Part shown: positions 27,201 through 38,301 of the stretch, in pieces
How positions within the stretch are numbered: the first letter of the stretch is position 1
How the letters are laid out: each line of letters opens with the position of its first letter
From: Oopsacas minuta
Taxonomy: Eukaryota > Animalia > Porifera
Length of the DNA stretch: 64,000 bases
Direction: 5' to 3'
Assembly: GCA_024704765.1 (NCBI GenBank)
Contig: JAKMXF010000088.1
Coordinates: 248,001-312,000 of the forward strand
Program-made: the position numbers and the translations under genes
Notes under the pieces: generated by a model
What the model was told of the DNA's origin: nothing
Seen by the model: the letters and a program-made list of their open reading frames with translations, nothing else
Database searches by the model: none

Positions 27201-30200
27201 TGAATATGCTATAGGAAAACTTATCTCTCAATCTACCTGTGTAGATATACGAGACAACAATGGGATGACTATATTACATTATGCTGCGTATTTTCAAAAA
27301 GAGCAATCAATAGTTATTGAACAAATAATAGAATTCACAAAGAATATTTCTATCACTTGCCTTACAGACAATACTACAACTGAATATATTCTAAATTCTA
27401 CAGATAAATTCGGAAGAACACCACTATTACTCGCAATCGAATCCACAAACTTATTTGCTGTAAATTCAATCTTGGCATGCGGTCCTGATATCTTTATGAA
27501 GGATCATAAAGGAAATGGAGTTATCAGTTACGCTGCTTTGAATCCGGATTCATTAGAAATATTAGAAATTATTTTATCAAGATTCAAGCGGGACATTTCT
27601 AATGAGAAATATGTTACATTGATAAATGAATTAAATAGCAGTGGCCTATCAGCTTTACATGTGTCTATTTATTCGAAAAACCTGCAAGGAGCTAAATTGT
27701 TAGTAGAAAATGGTGCAAAACTAGTTCTAACTCAAACCAGCAGTTTAATTCAAACTATAGGCAAAGAAAGTATGTCTGCAAATAATGTCTCTTTGGAGAT
27801 AGGAACTTTGAGCAGACCAGAGAAAGAGGTGAATATTATTTGTTATCAATTTCTATCTGGTGAAATTATATATTCGACTCTCCCAAGTCTTGTTGACGTT
27901 GGTTTTGCTGAGGAGATAGATTTTGAAAGCAAATTATGCGAAACTCAATTAATCCAAGAAATCTTACAGTCTAATTGTACAGAAATTATTGAAGCTATCC
28001 ATGAAAAAGATCCTAATTATATCAATGAGGAATTTAATAACATTCCCTTCCTCCATCTAGCTGCACAGTATGCTACTCTACCAATCATGCAATATATTTG
28101 TCAAAAAAAAGACAGTTTTAAATTTGAAAGAGTGGATAGTTCAGAACGTCAAGAAACAGCTATACATTATTCAGTTGATAACACATGCCCAGATGTGGTG
28201 GATTGCTTACTGAATGAGGTAGAACAATATGAGAAGAAGAATAGTTTGGCAGTAAAGATTATTGATACCGGTGATAGTTCTGATTGCAGTCCCCTACAGA
28301 AATCAACCAAGGAAAAACAATGGAAAAATTTTATGATATTAATTGAGCACGGTGCAGACTTCACGAAAAAGGATAGCAACGGTACGATCCTACACGCAAT
28401 GATATCCAAGGATGATTCCCAGTCATCTGAACCGCTTGACTGTCTCATAAAGGCAATAAACAAATCCAATCTTACTTCAGAAAAGAAGCAATCTTTTTTC
28501 AACATAACACATTCTGGCTTGACAGCAGTTCATCTAGCCGTATCTTTATGTAATACTACTGCTGTAAAACAACTAATCAATGCAGAGGTAGACCTTTCTA
28601 ATTCTAACAACAGTAATAATGGCTTTACAATAGTTCATACTTGTGTGGATAACCCTCATACTCAAGCAAACTTATATTTATTGAGTGTTCTATGCAAAGC
28701 AGTAGCTAAGCAAGATCTACCGATGTTAAGAATGTATAAAATAATGCATAAGAAGGATCAGAGAGGAAACACGTCACTACACCACACTCTTAAGATGGAA
28801 AAGAGTGTAGAAGGGCTAGAAATCTTGTTGAATAACGGTGCACCTTTTAATGTTGGTGATACTCACGGGAATACTCCTTTACATTTAGGAGCTAAACATA
28901 ACTTACTATTACATGTGAAATCTATTCTTTTTTCTATACAAAACGATGCACGAGAGAGAGGATATGGACCAAGCAGTAGAAAAGAACGTTGTATAGCGGA
29001 GATCATGAAGAAAAATAATAAAAAACAATTGCCCATGCTTCTGACGAAAGACAAAGATATTCTACTCTGTATGCTGAAATACTGGGATAATGATACTTTG
29101 TTGGATCTTGACTTGTATCGGAGAGGGAATTTAATCCATTTCGCTGTATATAATCAAGAAATTGAGTTAATTGAAGCAATCCTAGCTTCGCAATCATCAA
29201 CTAAAAGATATGATATGCTAAGAAGTAGAGATTCTGATAATTATTCACCATTGCATATAGCTGCTGAGAAAAATAACTCTGTAATTGGGAAACTGCTAAT
29301 TGATCATGGCGTTGATGTTAACATCCGAAGCGTACGAGGCACTCCTATTGAAGTAGCTATAAAATGTGAAGCAGTTGAATTCGCTACGAAATTAATAAAC
29401 GAAGGGGCAGACATTAAACGGTATGTATTCCTGCTAGCCAATGATCTGATTAGTGAAAAGAATATTTCACGTATCCTTGACGATAGACATCTCAGCATAG
29501 ATGACAGATACTCAACTGCTTATTGCTCTGTTATACACTATGCAGCTAGACAGAGTAATACAAAGAGAATTGCATTCTTGTTGAGAAAGAATGCTGATCT
29601 GCTTTCAAAAGACCGTGATGGGAGGGGAGCAATTCACCATGTAATCTCTTGTCGTAGAGACCCAAAAATATTACGTGCTATTCTGGATGAAGCTTATCGA
29701 CTTGATCTAAATGACCCAAATTCTCCAAATTTGGATTCTCTCCTTGATTGTGACTATTCAGCGCTAACTCCTGGTATGCATGCTGCACAATTGGATTATC
29801 TTGAGTTCTTTGAAGTAATCTGCACTGGAAAGTATAAATTTCACCTAGAAACATTCCATTACACAGATCCACAAGGAGACAACTTACTGCACCATCTGAT
29901 TAAATGTAACTCCATGCGATGTATTAGATTCCTCCTACCCTACCTAGCCAGCAACTTACCAGAAGGATTTTCACATATCGTGAATGGAAGGAATGTATTA
30001 GGACTGTCACCAATGGGTCTAGCCAGGAAGAAAGATCAGTATGAAACAGTAAATCTTTTGATAAAACTATGTGATGCTGAATTCTTTGAAGCATGCCCTG
30101 ATGTCGTGCATAAGATTGCTAACGAAGAAGACAATAAAACTCTGAGTAGTATCTTAGATAAAATGGTAATATGTGATGTCGAAAAGGCATGCTTATCCAC

Positions 30201-31782
30201 CAAAATAATGGATGCTAATGACGAAGGTGGCTACCCCAATTTCGCAATATTCAACTATAATCTGGCACCATTATGGCACAAGATGTACAATTCACAGAAT
30301 AATCGAATAAAATATCATCCTTTGCTTAAATTTACAGTTGATGCTAAAATCAAGCTTTATCAGTGGTGGTATTTACTAATGCTATTTCTGTATCTGTTAT
30401 TCTACATCCCAATGGTCACTGCTCTGCTTATTGCATCTACACACACTGACGATATGCTTTTCTACTATTACTCCCATTTAGATCATCTACGATTGATGCT
30501 GGAGATATATATTATATTAATAACTATGCTCTATATGGCAAACGAAGCAATTGAAGTGTTTGGTAAATGGAAATACCTGCAGAACCTGCCTAGCTCCTCG
30601 CGTAACTTAATATACAAACCTCCAGATCAGATCAGGTATTATGGGTTAGGAAATTTAGAAGGAATGGTATTCCATTCTGTGTTGAAAGTTTTCATTGAAA
30701 TTCCACATATTATCAGATATAAAATACACGTTTTTGACCGTAAAAACACTGATTATTTCCTTCGTGCAGTTTGTACACATATATCCACTTCCTACAGTAT
30801 TCTTGAGTTAGCTAGTGTAATTCTATTATTGTCCATGTTTTATTGTCGGCTCTTACTCTTCTTTACAACTTCGCCTTCCATCAGTGCTTTACACTGGACA
30901 ATATCTGCATTGACTTTCATTGCATTCACATTCAAATTTTTCAAGTTTACCAAGATATTCCCAACCCTCGGGATTTATATTGAAACTATTTTCCAAGTTC
31001 TCAAGAAAGACGTACCTAGATTTATGATTATAATTCTATTGGTTCTGGTTGGCTATGCTGGTGGTGCACACTTGGTAGCAAGGAAGTTTGGAAGTACCAG
31101 TGAGGATTGTGGCAGTCTTAATGAATGTTCGCCATCAAGTTGGCTCAGTGATGATTTTGATTCAGTTTACTCATTGATAACTCCGCTATTGTCTGGTCTT
31201 TTGTTTCTTGTTGGAGGTGGACCTGCAAATTTTGAATTAGAGCTATACCAGATTGATATAATATTCTCGATATTCTATCTGACATTCGCTTTAGGGATAA
31301 TAGTCGTTTTGTTGAACATTTTTATTGCTCAACTCTCGCAAACATACTCTGACATCCACAGCGAGAAACACATACTAGATTATAAGGCTGATTTAGCTTT
31401 GCATTACGAGAAACAATCAAATTTAGCTTTCATCTTTGAATGGTTTTTCAGTAAAGCTCTTAGACGTATAATGGTAGAAACAGTAACCATCCCAATTAGT
31501 GAATGGAAATCTTATCTTAAATTTTATTCTTACCGTATTGACTCTGATGATGAAATCCTGTTCCAAGATTTGGCAAAATCAACTTACAAAACCGAAACAA
31601 AAGAATCAAGCAATGAAAATAATAAAATAATTGACCTGAAAGAATCAATGGACGCACAATTCACAAAACTTCAGCAAATGATTACTCAGATTCAATTTGC
31701 ACAGCAACCAGGAGAACAAAAGGATACTACTCATACTGCTGCTTCAAGTATTAAATCCAATTCCTTGAATAATCAGAGTTAA
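21278..31782 (+). CDS. Giant ankyrin-repeat TRP-type cation channel (TRPA/TRPV/TRPN-like), about 3,500 aa
   Basis: Single open frame of 10.5 kb; roughly 60 ankyrin-like motifs (GxTPLHxA variants); C-terminal six-TM region with pre-S1 HPLLKFTVDAK, S4-S5 LGIYIETIFQVLKKDVPRF, S6 VLLNIFIAQLSQTY and TRP-like helix. The annotated TTG start at 21298 is better explained by the acceptor at 21277. Confidence 0.88.
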
Positions 31783-32465
31783 TCTGAGGATGTATTGTGA
31801 ATTTCTCTACATTTTAATTGTTACTTATAGTTTCTACATATTCTTACCATAGTCCTAATGGATTAGTTGTTTTGCTCTATAAATATTTGTACTGCTCTGA
31901 TTGTATTACGGTATTGACTTTCCTGCTAAATCTTTAGAAGTAGTAATGAAGATAGTGCATGAGTTCCATCTGATAGTTCTCAGTATTGAACTAAATACTC
32001 TTTTGTCCCTGGCCAAGCGCGTAGAAACGAGATATAACAATTTTGGCTAACTCATGCAAACTCAATGGACGGTGTATGCGCCATTTGTGAAACAGCTTCG
32101 TAAGTTGCACGGGACATTTAGTAAACATCTCAATAATGCAAAATATATTTGTAAGGTTGCACATGCTTGTAGCACTACTAACTCTATAATCAACGATATT
32201 TGGCATACCAACAGATTGAAAAGACCTTAGGTAATTTAATCACACATAAAACAAACAAATATTGAATATTGTACTTTCCAACTCACTCGAAAATCTCAAT
32301 ACACAAATTGTATGCATTTATAATATGGTATCTAACCATTTATATGTCACGTACTATTAAATATACTGAAAAAATTATATTTACATTATTCAATTTGAAG
32401 TCAGAAGTATCTTTGATAAACGCTGACTTCGTTTCTGATATCCTATTTGCTTTATCCCATCAATA

Positions 32466-33605
32466 CTATATTAAGGATTCCTGCATAGAATACTTTTCAG
32501 TATAGTTCCTTTTGAAACAGAATTCTCCTGTCTTCTTAACTCTAAATATTTTGTACACCAGCCGATTAATCCAAATATTTATAGTGATTACTATGAAGGG
32601 AGCTCCAAAAATAACTATCCCAATACAAGCAATCAAATCTGATAATGAACAGATATGAACAAGCGCCTGGATAACATTTGTAGCATTATATTCCGTGTAA
32701 GTAGTATGCATGAAATATCCTGAGAAAAAACTGAAAGGAAAGTAGCAGTCTGCAAAAAATAGAGCACAAATTATGGCACGAATTATATTCGCTAAATATG
32801 AACTAATTATCATGAAAAAGTATCCAACACATATACAATTCATGCTATATGAGAATTTTGTATATTCTTTCATCTCAATACTGTTTGATCCGTGTTGTGC
32901 TAGACGCTGTATTGCAGCCTGTAACAATGCTTGTTTGAATCTCTTAACATGTTTCACGAATATAATGAAGTATGTCGTTATTGCTGTCTCAAAAATTAAC
33001 TTACTCAAGTTGATATAGAATGTGAAGTATGACGTCAGAATAAGTACTACGCTAATAATCGACAAAATACAGAGATGACTTATGTTTTTGATAATACTGT
33101 GTGAGTATTCAAGATTTTTCATTCGAATTATCAAATAATTCATCAAATAAATCCCCAATCCATGCACACACATTTCACCTACATTTCCTAAGGCTCTTAT
33201 CGTGGTTATTAATGGAGAAGCAGATGTTTGAATTTGATATTCAATTAGAAATGTGTAATTCAAATGTGTACAATTCTCTAAATTCCTTACTAAACTGCTA
33301 TTTGTTGCATTAATTGGATAATAACCGTATGTTTCTAGAATCAAAAGTATGTAGAAAGAAAGAGCAGTTAAGATCTCTCCAAAGTTAATCATAAGGAAAA
33401 TAGCATTCTTTCTTATTTCCGTTTGATAGTGATAACAAAATTGCTGACAAATATAACCTGAATTATCATCTGTGATATTTCTAGCTGCTCCTTTCATATA
33501 TTTCCTTGATAAATAGATATTTTTACTACAGATTATCGTCCAGTATACACTTACTGCAGTGAATATTGTGAAAAATATTGAAATGAATATTGTAAGTATT
33601 AACAT
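32466..33605 (-). CDS. Orphan multi-pass (about 7 TM) membrane protein, paralog of 46576-47706
   Basis: 379-aa ATG ORF with about seven hydrophobic segments; shares YHYxTEI, MNYLIxR, ALLQxA, EMKEY and DCYFPF with the second copy. Confidence 0.8.
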   Translation of the reverse strand: MLILTIFISIFFTIFTAVSVYWTIICSKNIYLSRKYMKGAARNITDDNSGYICQQFCYHYQTEIRKNAIFLMINFGEILTALSFYILLILETYGYYPINATNSSLVRNLENCTHLNYTFLIEYQIQTSASPLITTIRALGNVGEMCVHGLGIYLMNYLIIRMKNLEYSHSIIKNISHLCILSIISVVLILTSYFTFYINLSKLIFETAITTYFIIFVKHVKRFKQALLQAAIQRLAQHGSNSIEMKEYTKFSYSMNCICVGYFFMIISSYLANIIRAIICALFFADCYFPFSFFSGYFMHTTYTEYNATNVIQALVHICSLSDLIACIGIVIFGAPFIVITINIWINRLVYKIFRVKKTGEFCFKRNYTEKYSMQESLI

Positions 33606-34515
33606 TTTTGCGATTAATATTTAATTTACTAATTTGTAGTGTTCATATTTATAATAGCAGATATATTCGGGGTTTTACACTAATACAAATACTTTTGAAT
33701 CTTTTCTCATGATATATCGTATTTGATAGTTACAGAGAATATTTGATGAAAATCAATCAAAAATACTGATAAATATTTGATAGTTCAAACTGATTGTAAT
33801 TTCAGGTAGAATTATTTTGCATTGGTGTTTTATTTTAGTTGTTTGTTTCATCTTTCAAGGAATAGATATATTGAATATTACATATTTGCAGTTTACACTA
33901 AGCACAAGTTGTGCTGCCTAATCAGTTACTTGCCAAATATGGCCAATTTATTGTAGATTTAAGAAATTTTCGTAGAATCATTATCTGTGTATAATTGTGC
34001 TTTCTTGTATTTTCATTTTAACTTATAAAACAGATCGGCAAATTCATACCATTGTACGCTCTAAATTTACAAAACTCGCTTTTTACCCGATCATCGAATA
34101 TTGAGAGTGCTAGCACTCCTTTTTAGTGCAGCTCCTATAGAGAGATGCCATAATGGCATGGGCGATGTGCTATGTCCGTCCTCGCGACTGTGCGAAGTCT
34201 AGCGGTCCGATCATATATATTTTGGGTCGAAGATTTGGACCTTGATATGAATTGTTTTAAGTGAAAATGTCACTTTTTGGTGATTAATTATATTTCACAC
34301 CTTTCTATGAATATTTGTTTGGGGTAATTGGGTGCGTAGAGTCCAACTTTGAGAATTTCAGAGCCTGTAGGTAACAAATTCACATTTTATCATATGATTA
34401 ATCATATTTTCACACCCTTTTGCATATTTTTCAAAATGATGCTAGAGATTTCGTTTCTACTGTTAATCGAGGGTTTAGATTTGAATTTTGACATTTTCAA
34501 ATCTCTCAATCAAAA

Positions 34516-34660
34516 TGATTAACCATATGATTAACCATATCATTAACCATATCATTAACCATATCATTAACCATATCATTAACCATATCATTAATCATAT
34601 CATTAATCATATCATTAACCATATCATTAACCATATCATTAACCATATCATTAATCATAT
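34516..34660. repeat. 12-bp tandem repeat (ATCATTAACCAT), about 12 units
   Basis: Directly visible; contiguous units with no spacers. Confidence 0.95.
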
Positions 34661-35587
34661 TTTCTCACATACGGTGCTGGAAATTTCATTTCGATAGTAG
34701 GCAGGGGAGGGGGTAATTACAGGATAATCATTTGTAATCATAAACATAGGATTTGGAGATAAAATATGAAGTACAGTAGAGGCCTAATAATATTGTACAT
34801 CATGATGGTCAACACAACTTTGTATATTATTTTCCTGAAATATCTCTCAGTAGTTACATTTTGGGGATGAAAGAGGTTGTGCGTATTAACCAAGTACCAT
34901 GGAGTAATTCTATTATTCTGAGTCTGAATGCTCAATACTATGGTTGTGGTTAGTTGGTGGCTAGTTACATTGAAATCTAGAGAGATGATAGAGAGATGTC
35001 TCCATCTTGATTGCAAAATAGAACTAGAATAAATCCTTTTTACCACAATGGGAATGCTAACAGCATATCAGAGTCGAATGTGATAATATAATAATAGATT
35101 CAAGTAAACATGCACTCTTGTTAGGAAAGTATCATATGTGCAGTTAGTAGTGTCTCAAACTTTCTATGATACTGCTGAGACATTGAGATAATATCTTCTA
35201 TAAAGAAATTTCATGATTCTGACATATGCAGGCGCCAAGTATTCGCACCCATAAATAGGTTATGAAAAATATCGAAAATATTGTACATTTTCACCGATTT
35301 TTCTGATATTTTGATATATTTTCTATTTTCGAAATTTCGAACCGATATTTATCGTATCGGGAAATTTCCCAAACGTATATCTTACCGTAAGGGAGAGTAT
35401 TAGCCGATATACTGCCACCAATCTTAGAGGTTACTCATAAATGTGGCCCACTCATCGTCTACCATCTGTCTAAACATATATCACCTAACTTACTGAAGTT
35501 TGTCCTGAAAGGTAATTCTCAAACAACCATTAATAGAGGTCTCAAATCAATCTGATAAATAATGAAGCCCGTTATATTGCATCACAT

Positions 35588-35806
35588 CAAGGTTGAAACC
35601 GATCGAACCGAATATCAGTATTCATGAATAGTTGCTTGACCGAATACTGATAATATTCGGTTACATCAACCGAATACTACTGATAATATTCGGTTAGGAC
35701 CAACCGCATACTGAATACTGATATTCGGTTAGTAAACTGAATATTAAACTTTCCGCCGAATATTATTCGCTTGAACCGAATTTTGAACTATTCAATTGCA
35801 ACCTTC
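35588..35806. mobile_element. hAT-type MITE (caaggttgaaac family, copy 2)
   Basis: TIR caaggttg../..gcaaccttc; perfect 8-bp TSD catcacat at 35580-35587 and 35807-35814. Confidence 0.8.
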
Positions 35807-36282
35807 CATCACATCAATATTTGCAATTTAACTGATATTGCAAACACAAATTTGTGGATATTTCTCACAAATCATAATAATGTCTGCCATTGTCATGATA
35901 GCTCAATTAATTAATCTGTTTGTATTCCTAAGTCTCAAACTGGTAGTTAAGTAACTGAGGCTATTTATTCTTCGCAAACCTCATCTTGATTCATTCAATT
36001 ATTAACAAAGAGCACTCAATCAATATTGGAAGCATTGAGGTAAAATTTCAAGATTCGCTAGAACCATACAGCACTAATTGGAATTTGGAGATTTGTTCCT
36101 TCGGAAATATCTCAGTCAGCTTACCATGAGTAACCCAGTCATTTCCAATTAGCATTTTGATATATATCTTGTGGATAAATAATGTATTCATGCTGTCAAT
36201 TTACAAATACAGTAGACTCGCTTCATGAGTCACGGTTAATCTGGGCACTTAATTAGCCAGAAACAGAACCATACAAATACTA

Positions 36283-37610
36283 CGGGCGTTCAATAATTAG
36301 CCGTTATTCCAAATTTTGTAAGTCGGATATTTCGATCCAGATCAAACTGAATTTTCTAATAACAATCCATCCATTGAGAATTCAATAATGCAAAGCTTTT
36401 TTGATTCTGATGTCTCGTTCTAATATTGTACATATTTATCTTTTGACAGTTTATTATAGTAACATTTTAATGGCTTCCAAAAGTACCGATTTCAAAATTG
36501 AGCAGAGAGCATATGTGAAGATCAGAACACTGCTCAAAGTTTCACTTACAGATGTCCAAAGATTTAGAGGAAGTTTATAAGGATACAGCACTTCCATATT
36601 CCACTGTTGTTGATTGGGCTAGACGCTTTCGTGAAGGTAGAGTGTCCATTGAAGATGAGGAAAGAATAGGGAGGCCAGTATCCAGCGCCAGTGACAAAAA
36701 TATCCTTGAGGTATCTGCGTTACTTGTTGAAGACCCTCATATCACGCTTGTGGAGATAGCTGATGCGGTTGGGATCTCAACGGGAACTGCTCAAGCTATT
36801 GTACATGATAATATGAAATTCCGAAAGATATGTGCTCGATGGGTGTCGCATTTACTAACTCAGGACCAGAAAGCAAAGAGGGTCCAATGGGCTACTAAAT
36901 TGCTCTCTGAGTTTGATCGAGCTGACTCCAGAAGGTTATTTGAGATAGTAACAGGTGACGAGACTTGGGTACGTTATTCTGAGCCTTTATCAAAAGAAGT
37001 AAACAAAGTATGGGTCGCAAAAGGACAGGACCCACCAATGATCCCTCGATATGACTTTCGGGACTCGAAAGTTATGTACTGTATATTTTTCTATTCTAAT
37101 GGTCCAGTGTGCTAGATTTGTGTCCCAAAATACCAAACAATAACAGGCTCCTTCTACACCAATGAGTGTCTAACAGAGGTTGAAAAATTCTACCAAAATT
37201 GATCGCCAAGGACTGGAACTCGTGGATTGCGAATATTGCATGATAACGCCCGACCGCACAAGACAAAGCTGGTTAGAGAAAAGTTGGAAGCTATGAAGCT
37301 TGTGGAGCTAGATCACCCTCTCTACTCGCCAGATCTAGCTCCCTGTGACTTTTGGTTGTTTCCAAAGTTAAATAAACATCTATCAGGCAGGAAATTCGAG
37401 AGTCGAGCTCAGATGGGATTAGTGATTTTCCAGTATATGAAAGGTGTACCAACCGAAGACTACAAAAAGTATTTTTCGATTGGATAAAAAGGCTGAAATT
37501 GGTTTTACAGCACGAAGGGGAATCCTATGAGAAACTCCATCACTGACTACACAATTATGCTAGAATAATTTAGAATTACAATGTAATAACGACTACTAAT
37601 TAAACGCCCG
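36283..37610 (+). mobile_element. Full-length (1,328 bp) but defective mariner transposon
   Basis: TA target duplication; imperfect TIR of about 30 bp cgggcgttcaataattagccgttatt / aataacgactactaattaaacgcccg; contains a DD34D transposase. Confidence 0.92.
36470..37548 (+). pseudogene. Mariner DD34D transposase pseudogene
   Basis: Motifs WVSHLL (WVPHEL-like), IVTGDETWV, LHDNARPH, YSPDLAPCDF. Frameshift near 36555, in-frame stops at 37113 (TAG) and about 37200 (TGA), second frameshift near 37470. Confidence 0.9.
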
Positions 37611-38301
37611 TAGTAATACTGTTAAATACGATTAATCAGACAAATACCTTTATTCCGCTTATTCGGTTAAATATTGGATTTGCATAGTGATAATATGGCA
37701 AAAATCATTATGTTATTATATTACACATGTGCTTCTAATATAGCTTTTGTTGTTAATTAATATACTTATTCTACCTCAAATCTTACTTGCTTGTATAATT
37801 ATTGATGCAATATAGAATTGTTAATAATATTACCAGTGTTATTAACGTATATTAATTTCACATCACTTATTACTACTAGCTGCTTTGTTCGGAATGCTTA
37901 CACCAAAAATCTTCACACTCCCAAAAGGTCGAATACAACATAGAATTTGTCCCTGATTAATATCTGATCTCACCGCTAAAACCTCTGAATATTTCAGTAT
38001 CCGTATTTACATATATTGGTGACATAAAATCAGTAACTTAATTAATAACATTTTACCTTATCTTAATAAGCTTAGTAAACTGCTGCTATAAATATATAAT
38101 TACTTATAAGATTCAGTTGAATTTGGTATATTTATTGAATATATAAATCAGCTGATAATTAGCACCACTCAGACATCAGAGTTCAAATAGTGGTTTCGTG
38201 GATGAACTCTCTATTGTGACAGATTGACCAGTAGAATATATGTATGTATGTATATAAATACCATTCAATTCACATAGTCATTCAATTTCACCTATCGGAA
38301 A

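Noticed and set aside
21267-29872. Many minus-strand and off-frame ORFs inside the ankyrin-TRP gene
   Set aside because: Shadow ORFs of a long coding frame; no motifs.
31991-32206. Minus-strand ORF downstream of the channel
   Set aside because: Short and without motifs; neighbouring frames are full of stops.
34488-34697. ORF with HIIN repeats; possible CRISPR-like array
   Set aside because: It is a translation of the 12-bp tandem repeat; units are contiguous with no spacers and no cas genes.
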